A stretch of DNA of 64,000 nt from Antedon mediterranea (lineage: Eukaryota; Animalia; Echinodermata): NCBI RefSeq assembly GCF_964355755.1, contig NC_092671.1, positions 40,863,304 to 40,927,303 on the forward strand. The letters run 5' to 3'. The translations under genes and the position numbers were made by a program. Within the stretch, counting starts at the first letter, position 1. Each line of letters opens with the position of its first letter. Positions 12,801 to 23,800 of this stretch are shown piece after piece. The notes under the pieces were generated by a model. The model was not told the origin of the DNA, made no database searches, and saw only the letters and a program-made list of their open reading frames with translations.

Positions 12801-15800
12801 AAATCCAATGTTGAAATCATAAATGTTGTTAAAAAACTCTTTATAATATCTTCCTAAGATATAAATATTGAACAATAGCGTCGGCGTGCACACTAATGTT
12901 ATCAAATCTACGTTTCGCGGTACATCTCGGATAAGGTAGGTATCCAAGGCGGAGATTTGTACCGAAGTTTTTGCATTGTGCTCGCCTATGTCAGAATTAA
13001 CCATAATTTATATATAGATGAGATAATTTATTTGTCACGAATCAGGCAGTTCGAAAACGAATTTTATTTATATTTTACTTTGGCTTGACAATGAGCGCAG
13101 CAAGTTTTTGATATCGCTTTGGTCCTTGGATGCACATGAAACGGAGCCTCGCCGCATGATGTGGGTGGTGGATCGACTCCGCGCGCTGGATTGGGGGCCT
13201 AGGCCTAGTAAAGGTTTGGGAGGTAGGCCTTCTAAATTCGGGTTTTAGAACAAACAAAGTACATTTTAGGAACCTAGGATCAGGTGCCGTTTTCGGCCAC
13301 CTCGACTTGTATGGACTATACCATTATAAAAAGATGGGAAAATAGGGGTGTCCCATTTATTAATTGAGTGTGTTAAAATACTGCTGCTTTTGTTCTTTTG
13401 TTTTTCTTGTTGTTTCAGCAACAAAGGGAAAACAACTACGCCCTGCATGCTGTAGAATTAATTTCAGTTTTCAAGTTAATGCAGTATATTATGGCTCTTT
13501 ATTTCTATATAATTTTTACAGATTTATAGATACAGAAAGTATATAATTTATAAAGAAAGTTTTTATTCGAGTTACAAATAAAAAATATAATTTACCTAAC
13601 GATAACACAGTAGTACATTTAATAAAGATGACAGTAGTATATTTATCACATACTGATTATTAGGTAATCAGTAAAACAAATAAATATTATAATTTTGTCA
13701 ATGAATCTGTACCATTTTGTTCCCAGAAAACACAGCGTTTGACATTGCATGTTTTTAGGTTTGGTCTTTCTAAAATGTTTTAAACACGTTTTTAAACGTT
13801 TCTGTGTAGAAATACATTTTATTTACTTATATGTTCAAGTGCATTGGTGTCTTCCAATATAGCATGGAATACATCGGCAAGCCGTTCGCTGTAGAACGAG
13901 TCAAGCATTTGCATACTAGACAAACCAATTACTTTCCCCGCTCTACCTAGCACCTTCTCAATTCGGTCTTTATCCCCTTACATTTCCTTACTGATATTCA
14001 CAGCCCAATATACAACAATATGCCCAAATAGAACATCACTGATTAGTAAAACATAAACATTCTATAGTACAAATATCCTGCTTTACCCCAAAGAACCGAG
14101 TTTCCTCAAGCAGTACAGCCTTGTAATTAACTTCTTAACTACGATCATGTCTACCCATTTAGCTTTAGTCAAACACTACTGCCAGATACTTATAATTGTT
14201 AACAATCTCTACTTCCTTTACTTTAATTAATGTATACTGTCAGACCAATTATGTTTTCGAAAATCAATCCTTATTTCTTTCGTTTTATTTATGTTTAGTT
14301 CAAGAAAATAAAATATATGATTTATCTACCGATAGGATTGGGCCGATAACTGATAACTCTAGTAACCCATGCTTTCATTAAATATTTGTTACAATAAAAA
14401 TCAAAGATTTTTCTTAATGTTTCATTTTCAGTGAATAAATTGTCTAGCATAAAGTGGTGTTTTAATTCCTGAGGTCCACAATTAAAATTATCCCGGTACA
14501 TACTTAATTATTGTCTAACAGAGTTTAATGAAGGACATTTAAATAAAAAATGGTTTACTGTTTCTTTTTCGTTAGTACTGTACACATCTTACATAATCCT
14601 GTGTTATGATTTGACCAGGATTGTCTACGACCTTCTATTGTATTGTCTTCCCATTCAATAGACACCCTTCTCTACATAAAACATAATACACCACACCCCT
14701 ATCATAATAATGGTATAGTCCATATAAGTCGAGGTGGCCGAAAACGGCACCTGATCCGGGACCTATATTTCAACGACATTAGATATTGAATAAATTAGTA
14801 TTAGTGTCAACGCTTCGCATATCTTTCCAGGCCGTCGATCATTCACTGACTATCGGGCGGCATACACGCTCTCCATATCATCGTGTGTATATGTGACGTC
14901 GTGAATATAGAGGCTTCTGACGGCCGTTGAAATAGAATATTGCAATGGCGTGAATAATTTTCGCTAATTTACCATGGTATCTTAAAATTTCGTTTTTACT
15001 TAAAATACTATACATTTTTTTTTTATTTGTATGGGTTTGTGTTACTTTGATACATTTAAATAACATGTGTGAATTTCTTGAAAATCAAAATTCCATTTCA
15101 GGTCCATTTTAACCAGTGTAGTCTCATCCAGACATCATTATGAATTAAATTACTAATAACTGTGAAAATGATATTTGTTGGCATTTATTGATTTGGTACA
15201 TTAAAAAGTTAAAGCCCTATCCTCAGATGTAAAAATTAAATATTTTATTCATAAAAGTTTGCATGTACTGTATATTGTCAACCTTACTAACAATAGTACT
15301 GTAGTACTTCATTAATAGTTTGAATGTACTGTATATTGTCAACCTTACTAACAATAGTACTGTAGTACTTCATTAATAGTTTGAATGTACTGTATATTGT
15401 CAACCTTACTAACAATAGTACTGTAGTACTTCATTAATAGTTTGCATGTACTGTATATTGTCAACCTTACTAACAATAGTACTGTAGTACTTCATTAATA
15501 GTTTGAATGTACTGTATATTCTCAACCTTACTAACAATAGTACTGTAGTACTTCATTAATAGTGATAATGTAATAACAACGAAATGTTATTGTTTACAAA
15601 AAAATAAATATGCCAATAATCTAACTTCAGTTACAGAAAGCGAATTTGTTGGTTTAGGGTTGTAGTTAGTAATATCTCATTCAGTTCAAAATTAATTGTT
15701 CTGATCTAAACCTTTATAATTTAAATAATATTGCTGGTTTCATGTAGAGGATTCTTCAATTCTCCCATGCACTGGATACACGCTCTATATTATGATTATT

Positions 15801-16054
15801 TTCCCTTTGAAAAATATACAAAATGTTTTTATTAAGCACTTTTGCCTTCATAATCTATAGCCTGCCACACATGTACGCTACATAAAATACCATGTGTTTC
15901 TCTATTGAAATAAATAAATTTATCTATTTCAGGTACACTTTCAACTACTGGCCATTCAACAAACTTTGTGTTCTTTGCAGAGGTAACATCATCAATGCCA
16001 CAGTACCATTGGATAAAAAGAGGTGTTGCACTTATTTGTGCATTGGATTATTAG
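1..16054 (+). CDS. DNAH1: Axonemal dynein heavy chain 1, 3' portion (stalk end, AAA5, AAA6, C-terminal domain); gene starts upstream of the window
   Basis: Exons traced by splice sites and frame: <1-52, 423-554, 863-1108, 1270-1419, 1679-1839, 2018-2243, 2346-2541, 2666-2817, 3399-3515, 3817-3999, 4080-4283, 4397-4528, 4698-4871, 5207-5386, 5882-6058, 7271-7441, 9077-9207, 9529-9673, 9846-10052, 10214-10448, 15933-16054. Dynein motifs [35 protein letters not shown] and [15 protein letters not shown] are present. The C-terminus [13 protein letters not shown]...[15 protein letters not shown] matches the DNAH1 ending as recalled. Confidence 0.95.
1402..1610 (+). repeat. Diverged ~102-bp tandem duplication spanning an exon end and 5' splice donor
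   Basis: cctatactacttcgacaa|gtatgttgg (1402) recurs as cctattctacttcgacaa|gtatgttgg (1504), with the following intron sequence also duplicated. Confidence 0.8.
2810..3202 (+). repeat. 23-bp minisatellite, 17 copies, each containing the exon end and donor (AATATG|GTGAGT)
   Basis: Unit atttaatatggtgagttgtaatg; GTGAGT recurs from 2818 to 3186 at 23-bp spacing. Confidence 0.95.
5461..5911 (+). repeat. 64-bp minisatellite, 7 copies, each containing the 3' splice acceptor plus the first 30 nt of the next exon
   Basis: tag|GTGTTAAAATATACTGCTGGACACATAAAT with AG ending at 5497, 5561, 5625, 5689, 5753, 5817 and 5881. Confidence 0.95.
6647..6963. repeat. ~75-bp inverted repeat arms (6647-6720 and 6890-6963) enclosing (TA)n and the first hammerhead
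   Basis: catctgttgaattgctgtatcttatactataattcaaatggataagataatgctttta is reverse-complemented at 6906-6963. Confidence 0.85.
6737..6785 (+). ncRNA. Type I hammerhead ribozyme motif in a short (TA)n-flanked Penelope-like remnant; cleavage triplet apparently mutated
   Basis: gtctc-CTGATGA-gtgagt/tgcacg/actcac-GAAA-caagcctg-AA-gagac: stem I gtctc/gagac, stem II gtgagt/actcac, near-palindromic stem III, GAA in place of GUH. Confidence 0.75.
6992..7030 (+). ncRNA. Minimal type I hammerhead ribozyme motif (Penelope-like element type)
   Basis: gca-CTGATGA-a-gggc/tagtcactt/gccc-GAAA-gc-TC-tgc, with the minimal palindromic helix III region AGCT. Confidence 0.7.
7652..8942 (+). repeat. 51-bp intronic minisatellite, ~25 copies
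   Basis: Unit tttttgttctgtagtaggccaggctatatgtacagtacttactatagtata; 17-aa periodicity in the spurious ORFs. Confidence 0.95.
9420..9540 (+). repeat. Diverged duplication of a 3' splice acceptor and exon start
   Basis: ttttttcata...ttacatgttttat..cacag|atacaatcctct (AG ending 9455) versus ...ctacag|atacaatcgtct (functional AG ending 9528). Confidence 0.75.
10966..11604. mobile_element. MITE with long TIRs and 8-bp TSD (Merlin/MULE-like)
   Basis: TSD tttttgta at 10958-10965 and 11605-11612; arms catttcggccgccggttatggaa...aaaaaggacaaaatatg and catattttgtccttttt...ttccataaccggcggccgaa; GG...CC termini. Confidence 0.75.
13269..14763. mobile_element. Non-autonomous TIR element (MULE-like) with ~60-bp TIRs
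   Basis: ggatcaggtgccgttttcggccacctcgacttgtatggactataccattat versus ataatggtatagtccatataagtcgaggtggccgaaaacggcacctgatcc; imperfect 9-bp flanks tacatttta/tatatttca. Confidence 0.7.
13860..14240 (-). mobile_element. Decayed 3' fragment of a LINE ORF2 (CR1 group, Rex1/L2-like)
   Basis: Minus strand reads [16 protein letters not shown] then [13 protein letters not shown] with stops and frameshifts, typical of the post-RT region. Confidence 0.55.
15257..15563 (+). repeat. 61-bp minisatellite, 5 copies
   Basis: Unit agtttgaatgtactgtatattgtcaaccttactaacaatagtactgtagtacttcattaat. Confidence 0.9.
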
Positions 16055-17247
16055 TGACATTTAATCCCAATTCTTGGCATCATCATGATGCAGTACCGCT
16101 GAATACAAATGTTAATTCAATTAAATTAAACTGATTTGTTTGTATATTAGAGAATTAATATAAAAATTAAAGATTTATATAATATGATAAATTGATTTTT
16201 ACCTGTATGAATGTATTAAATTGCAAGAATGCTAACTTATGTGTGTTATAATATTTGTACAGTATTTGACTTGACTTGACCAAAACAAAACTTTATTAAT
16301 CAGACATCATCAACTTGATATATTTTGCATTTGTAATCCCTTCACCAGCTGTGTACAGCTATCTGCTGTAGAATTTATTTAAAACATTTACTAATAGAAT
16401 TAATGATTAATTAAGATTATTGTTTGAATGGTAGTTTTGACGACATGTGTAGAATTGAATAGAACTATACAACCTGTTACACACACACTTAAGTATTGAG
16501 TCAACGCTTACTGGAACAAAGTGCAGGTAGATTATAATGTCTCATGGCAATGGCCGCACATCTTATTCATATTCCTAATTACTTAATAACAGAATTATTT
16601 GTATTTTTAAAATCTTTCTTAAATAAGGTTGAATTCTTAAAATTGAAGTGCATGATTTGAAATTTATTTATGAAATGTTATTTAGTGTTGGTTGCTATTG
16701 TTGTTGTTAATGAAGTGTGAATTCACAATGTTACCTGAGTTTAATTTGTTTAGTTTTAGTTCAATCGCTCACTTCTTAGTTTCCCTGGTATTATATTATT
16801 ATGTTGGTGATGAATGATTTAAAGCCAGAGTTGAATCCGTCCAGTAATTTAATTTCTTAAAAATATTTATTTGCTATAAATTATCTTGTATTTAGATACT
16901 AGAATCTTATTCCTTGTCATAACTAAATTACAGTTTCCATCAAACAACCTCTTAATATTAGCATTTTGTAATTGTATAATTATATTTAATAAATTGTGTG
17001 TTTTTTTTTTTTTTTTTTTACTTAAGCCTTTCCTTTGTAAAATTCTAGTGAAATATATATATTTAATGAACAATAAAATGTTAACATCAGGTAATATTTG
17101 ATATTTTTATATTGCGTTTTTTTTTAATTAATTAAAAAATGTTTCTTGAATTTGATTACCACTATAAGCTGTAACTGAGCTTGCAACATTGTTTTAATTA
17201 AACTGATTGTAATTGGGAACAATTGTTGCGGTGACCCTAAGTTAGAC

Positions 17248-17278
17248 CATTGAGGTATAAAAATACTATACCTCCATG
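17248..17278. mobile_element. 31-bp palindrome with 7-bp TSD, probable P-family excision footprint
   Basis: gttagac|cattgaggtataaaaatactatacctccatg|gttagac. Confidence 0.65.
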
Positions 17279-17399
17279 GTTAGACATGGTACGTAAATAA
17301 ATAAATGATGCAACATTAACTAAACCCGTAATTAAACGAACATGTTTTCACTTTACAAATAAAAGCACGGATTCCCTTAATTCCAAAGTTACTCATCAA

Positions 17400-17490
17400 C
17401 CTGTTCACGTCACAGCTGAGAACCTACTTAACGTTGCTAAGCTTTGTAAACTCGAATCTGATTGGCTAACTGACTGCGACGTGGCACTTA
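17400..17490 (+). promoter_or_regulatory. Putative CREB3L proximal promoter: UPRE-like TGACGTGA (minus strand, 17405-17412), inverted CCAAT box (17461-17465) and GACGTGGC (17478-17485)
   Basis: Motifs cluster ~400 bp upstream of the ATG in a locally CpG-richer patch. Confidence 0.5.
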
Positions 17491-17873
17491 ACAGTGGTTG
17501 TGAGCAGGCAAGTGGTTAGTCTTACGCCGTCGTTTATTCCCTTCAAACTCACTATTTGAGTTATTATTCTTGCACATTTGTTTTTCATTTTCAGTTTAGA
17601 TTTATATAATAACTGATTTCATTACGTTTTTTTTTAAATTAAAGAGACAGCGAATAAATACCATTCGAACTATTTAATTACACTCGATACTATTAAGTTG
17701 TGCATTGCCGGCTAGGAATTACCAAAGGATTCCCCATTTGACCTCAAAGTTCGTGTTGATCATTCGCTTTCAGATAAGTGATAGAACAGGACAGAACCGA
17801 AGGTAGTGGATTGCTTCACCACCAGAAACCGACCGGACCCTGACCAAGACCCTGTGCAGACCCCCACGATAAA

Positions 17874-20800
17874 ATGGAGGCCCTGCTCAGCGATAGCAAA
17901 CCCATGGACATGATTGACTCCGATTTCAATTATTTGTTTGACTCTGATGTTTTTCACAATGTTGTAAGTAGCGTATCTTATTACTAACTGTTTGGTATTT
18001 ATATTAGTGGGCTTAGCGAGTGGGAGGAACCATATGGAGCCGATCCAGTCTATTATTTATTACCCAAAACCTTAAAATGGTCTTCTGATAACCGATGACC
18101 ATCTATTATTATTTATGATGTTAAACATGTAATATATAATTAAAGTAAGCTAGGACTATCGTATGTTTTATGATTTATCTTAATTTTTCGTAGCACTAAA
18201 ATACTACTAGTAGTACTGTAAATAATGCCAGACAGTCATAACTTGATGGCATGCTTTTCTAATATTAAATAATATTAGCTTAAATATATAATAATAAATG
18301 GTTTTACAGTACTATAATCATGGACCTCTAATTTATATAGGTCCATACTATAATAACACTTCCCTCATTAAATACAGATCATTAAAATTAGTTGTTTCAA
18401 ATCGGTCATGTGTGTTAAATAAAGTCAGTGTGACTGAAATGATAATTTTCAAAATTGGATCTATGCTTTTATAGTTTATTAATAATATTTAAATTATTGA
18501 GAGTCTGATTAATAAAAATCCTCTTAAAACCATGTTTATTTTTAAGAAGGTTCCCGGCACCTCATCCTTATCAGCTTCACTGGTGGTGTGTTGCAGACAC
18601 ACCCACTAGAATCCTTGAGGTTTTTCCATATTCATTCAATTCACTATTGTTATAAATCAACTGTTTCATTTAAGAGGGTTTCCTTTATTTAAAATAAAAT
18701 ACTTGAATTGAATGGTGTTTTGTCCTCGGACTAAATCTGTTCTTATGAATTGAGAAGAATACATAAGAATTTTCATTGATAGATTTAAAGAACGCTTATT
18801 AGTTCTATTCCAGTTGGCATGCATTCACATAAATGTGTATAGCATTCCTCAAACTTATTCACTAGTGAACAAACTTTTCAGAATCTTTTTATCTCATCAA
18901 TGATTTCTTGAAGAAAGCATTTGTAGTGTTGTTATGTTTAACTGACCATGTCCAACAATATTTGTGCATATGTTTACTGTTTCTTAAACAAATATCAAAC
19001 CATATGGTTACAGGTTTACTAGATTAAATAACAAATAAATCTGCATACTGCACCTTTTACATAATTGATGATATTATTGGTTGGTTTGTATTGAAAATAA
19101 TTATAAAACCAAAATGCATTTCTTTTTCTCAATATTCAAAGCGAAATGACAAAATAAATAATACCATTATTGATTTAAAAAAAAAATTAATCTGGATTTT
19201 TTAACCAAGTAAAATAATAATTTCTGTTTCCAAAAATATTGTTACTTGAGTTAAATTCTGATGCAATGCCGAGACAGGAAGTCATGTGTCTGCATTTTAC
19301 AGGAAACTTGTCTACCTAGAAAAAAACAAGCTTGCAATAAAGATATTTAATTATAACTTTCTTGTTTGGCATTTGTTAGGTAATAACAAATAATAAACTT
19401 GCAATATGTTGTTTTATTTTCAACTTTATGTTAATATGTTTACAGTTATAATAAGATATTTAGATGGCACAGTTATCACAAGTAAAGTTGGAATTGTGTG
19501 CATTTAAAAAATAGGTTTACCTATTCAACAATCATATAAAACCTCTATTGTGGATTAATAGAAAGAATAGAAATTACTGTTCTAGAGTAAACTTTTAATA
19601 ATGTGTTGTTTCCCTATCAAGCAATATTCAGGCCTACCCAATTGCAAAAAAGTTTACAAAAAGTTGTCTATTTAATAGTACCTTCAATCGTGGGAGAAAA
19701 TAATGCATGATAGAGATACAAAATTTACTATCTAATTTCAAATACACAATTACTTATGACATAACCAAAAACCAATGGTATAGCCTGATTTTAAATCAAC
19801 CAATCAGATGCTAGAAACCTTTTGATTTACTAATCCAAATATCCTCCATTTAACAATAGTGTGTTTCACAATAACTTTTAAAGATAATCAGTGCAGATAA
19901 TTACTTGTGTAGGTGCAGTTCTATTGATTTTTATCTTTAGAAGAATGTCCAACAGGTTGTAAGGTTTTACTATCTGTGATTTATAAGTGCTGTAAGAAGA
20001 AGTGATTGATACTAAAAGATGTATCCATGGATTAAGTATCTAATCACTAGATTTACTAATAAAAGCTGGGCTATAATATAATTATATTCATGAGACTTCT
20101 GTATATGTTATAGATATTTCTAGGTATATTGTACAACAATCCTGGGACCAGGGCATTGAAATTCAGATCTAAAAGCAAATTAAATAATGTTTTAAAATTT
20201 AAAAACTACACAAATTTATAACTTATGTTTCAATAAGTATCTTTAATTGTTTTTTATAGCTAGCAGGTAACAATTCAAGATTTGTAGCGGATCGGCTTCA
20301 ATTTATTTAAAAACAACATATGAACCTTCATTCACAATGTGATATCATATTGTCTATTTTAAGCTTGTGTACTGTAGTTCGGTATTACAATGTGAATCGG
20401 CAACAGAATAGTTGACTTTTGATTCTTATTTTTTTACAATGTTTATTCCCATCTTCTTTACCAATATTGAACTTAACCTTCAACTCTATTCATTATTGGC
20501 CAAGGTAATGTTGGTTGAATAGTTTATTTTTTCATCTCAAGTCAAGAAAAATACTTGTTTAATTTAAAGCTTCAACCTCTGAATGCAATTTTTTTTAATT
20601 GTTTTTTTTCTTGATGTACTAAATAGGTCATTGACATTGCTTTATGCTACCAATACTATTTTGAAATAAACCGACACCAATTCTTTAAAACATAAAAAAA
20701 TAAATTAACCATACATTTTTAACTTAAAAGAAAGCATTGAATACAATCAAATTTTACCTGTACACTTGTGATAATTTACTGTTAGTTACGATTTTATTGT

Positions 20801-23800
20801 ATTTTTAGTTGTTTTTTTTTCCTCAAAGGCATACAACAAGTTGCAGTTGGATATACCATGCGGTTTGCATGATTTCATAAACTTGTGTTGGCAAGACAAG
20901 GGAGGGAATCATTCAACTTGTTTAAAAAGTAGAAAATCTTTCTTCCTCCTTAAATTGAATAAAGGTCCTTGGTGTTTAATAATATAACTGGGTGTACCGG
21001 TTAAGCCTAGGTGTATTATTGATATTGTAAACTATACCATTGTAAGTCACTATATCCACATGTATCAAGCTATTCATGTGTAACGTTGGCATTTATCTTG
21101 AATCTGAATTGAGTATTTTCAATAGAAGGCGTGTCAATTTGTCTAGAATATGAAAGGATCTGTTCAACCAACTAGTTTGTGACATGACTGAAATACTTAA
21201 TTTTGTACCAGGTGTATGATTACTACCAACAGTTGTTAATAGGCTTTAAAATTCCATACATTATTTTTAAACCAAAAAATATACAGTAGTATATTTTATG
21301 ATCTTTTTCTTACAATACAATGTCTGCTATTAGTTTGTTTTGATTTATAATGCCTGGTAACAATTATTTCTAGACTACATATTGAAGCTTCATTGGGTTA
21401 ATAATGATGAGAATATAAAGTCACAAAGCATGTGTTTTCAGTTAATACCGTAATCAATATTTCACATAGAATGCTGTTGATTCCCACAACTGTATCAAAA
21501 GTACTGTATTGATAAATTATGAAGATAAATAATGTACAATAAATCTAGGCTAATATTGCAATGAGTAACATGGCCTAAGTCTAATGGGTTTATTTACAGT
21601 AGGTGTAGGATAGATTGATTAGTCGTTTTTTATATTTTATCAAATCATTAAAAAGTTTCTGTAACGAACTTGTATAAATCTATCCAACATATGTAAACGA
21701 GGAATGGAAATAAAGCAATGCAATATCTGAATGTAATATACTGTATAATTTGTTTTGAATAGACTTGTTGATTTTTGACATGTCAAAGAAGGCTAGAGAG
21801 GAAATTAGTTTCCAGATGCTAGTCATTCAACTAATCTGATTGGTTTTTTGCAACAATGTTACCAGTGATAAGAAAATTGACCTTGGGTTAGGATTTGGTT
21901 ATATTTAACCAAGGATTTGTTAGCTACTGTTTTCAGAAAAGTTCCATCCAGGTCTTCATGTTGAAAAGGTGAAAGAAAAATTATTTAAAACACTATTTTA
22001 ATGCAATAAAATGATTCCTGTACACTTGACAATAATCAAATGTTTTTATAGTATAGGCTTTTTTAGTGTTTTTTTTTGGTCGTCCGCCGGGTAGGGTGGT
22101 GATGCTTAACAAGTATACATTATTATATATATATTTGGGGGATTTCCTCATCTTATCGTTTCAAATTAATTCATTAAATTTCAATATATCAACAGGCGGT
22201 TTAGTTTAGAATTAATGTTCTTTGCCTGTTGTGTTATAAAATATGTATAATATATAATTGGCCTTTCTCTTAGCCTTATGTGTTGTTGTTATAGTTCTGT
22301 TTCTGTGACCACCTTGGCTTTTTAATATGTCATGTCATGTTAAGACATGCATAAGGCCACTTTATGTGTGACAAAAACAATCCAAACTGCAAATTTGACT
22401 GTTATAATTAACTCTGATATAGATATGAGCACATACATTTATTTCTGTTAGTTGTTAAGTATTAACGATTGTATAATAAATCCTACAAGTCTTAAATCAT
22501 GTGTTCTGGTACCTAGGTCTGGTGTTACTACTAGCTACTGTTATTGATTAATGAAGAAGTTTATTTGCCACTATCCCATGATAATCCATAATTAAATCTG
22601 TTTTTCCATTAAATCAGAGAGAAATTTTCACAATTTATATTCTGAAATTATAAACCTTGTTTTGACATTATTGCTTCCCTCTTGTTTAAATCTATCATGT
22701 ATTGTAAGCTTTGAACAAATATAGTATTTGATGCATTGTGTTCAATGTTGAAATATCTATCTTGTTTAAATCTATCATGTATTGTAAGCTTTGAACAAAT
22801 ATAGTATTTGATGCATTGTGTTCAATGTTGAAATATCTAAGTTTATCTGACTTTATTGATAACTGTTGCAGTCTACTAAACAAAAATAAAAAATGTTGAT
22901 AAATGATAAGCATGTTTAAACAATATGCATGTTTCTGATGTGAGCAACCATGGAACTATAGTTCCATGGAGCAAACTGATTAAATAGCCTGTCAATAAAT
23001 TACTGTACCTCCATTTGATATTTGCAGCAATATGTGATAAAAGTTTTATTTATCTATTTATATTATGGTTTTTAGCTGTAATGTAATATCAGTTATTTCG
23101 TTTACACTGAGGAACATTTTCACTTATTTTGGAGTGAACCACACAATGAAGTAATGTTGTTTATTATTATTATGCCCGATTGATGTATTTAACATAAACT
23201 AGGTAGATAAATACTGTAGATGAAAGTATAGCAAGAAATATCAAAATCAAATCTAATATGAAGTGATCTGATACAACAAGTAGAAGTGATTTTATTTTGA
23301 CCTTGTGTTGGGAAGCTTTGCACATAAACCATATGGGACATATGGTACCTAGGCCACTTAACTTGATAAAGCATTTCTTTACCCAGTTACAGACCCATCT
23401 GTACAAAGGTGTTCATAATGATTAATTATTGTATACAAAACATACTTTCTCTTGTTAACTTGATAATTATTAACATTTAACTTAAAACCTGCAGTAAATA
23501 TTGAGAGTATTGACTGTAATAACATTACATTCAGCAAAGTTGATACCAGTCAATCCAATTTTGATATTTTCGCAAACTTGACACTTGACCGCACATTGCA
23601 GTACTGTACCAGATTGCCAATAGATTTGTACCATATGTACATATGAAGTTCTGTGATTGGCTGAATGTCAATGATACATTTTTGTGTTGCTATGTTGTAA
23701 GGATCCCAGCTGTTAAGAGGAATCAAATTGCATGCTGTTTTTCATAGAATGAAACTTGAGTTTTTTTGTAATTATCCGATTTTTAGATTGTTTTTCTATT

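Larger units (their letters stand above)
10515..15108. mobile_element. Non-autonomous DNA transposon with TTAA target duplication (Kolobok-like) filling most of the last DNAH1 intron, carrying nested inserts
   Basis: TTAA|aatggacctgaagtggattttcgattttt ... aaaatcaaaattccatttcaggtccatt|TTAA. Purine-purine termini plus a TTAA TSD fit Kolobok rather than piggyBac (which starts CC). No transposase ORF seen. Confidence 0.75.

Noticed and set aside
12579-13004. 141-aa minus-strand ORF inside the TTAA element as a transposase
   Set aside because: No recognisable DDE, THAP or zinc-finger motif
15741-15769. Fourth CATG...CATG footprint candidate
   Set aside because: Arms are poorly complementary and there is no matching 7-bp flanking repeat
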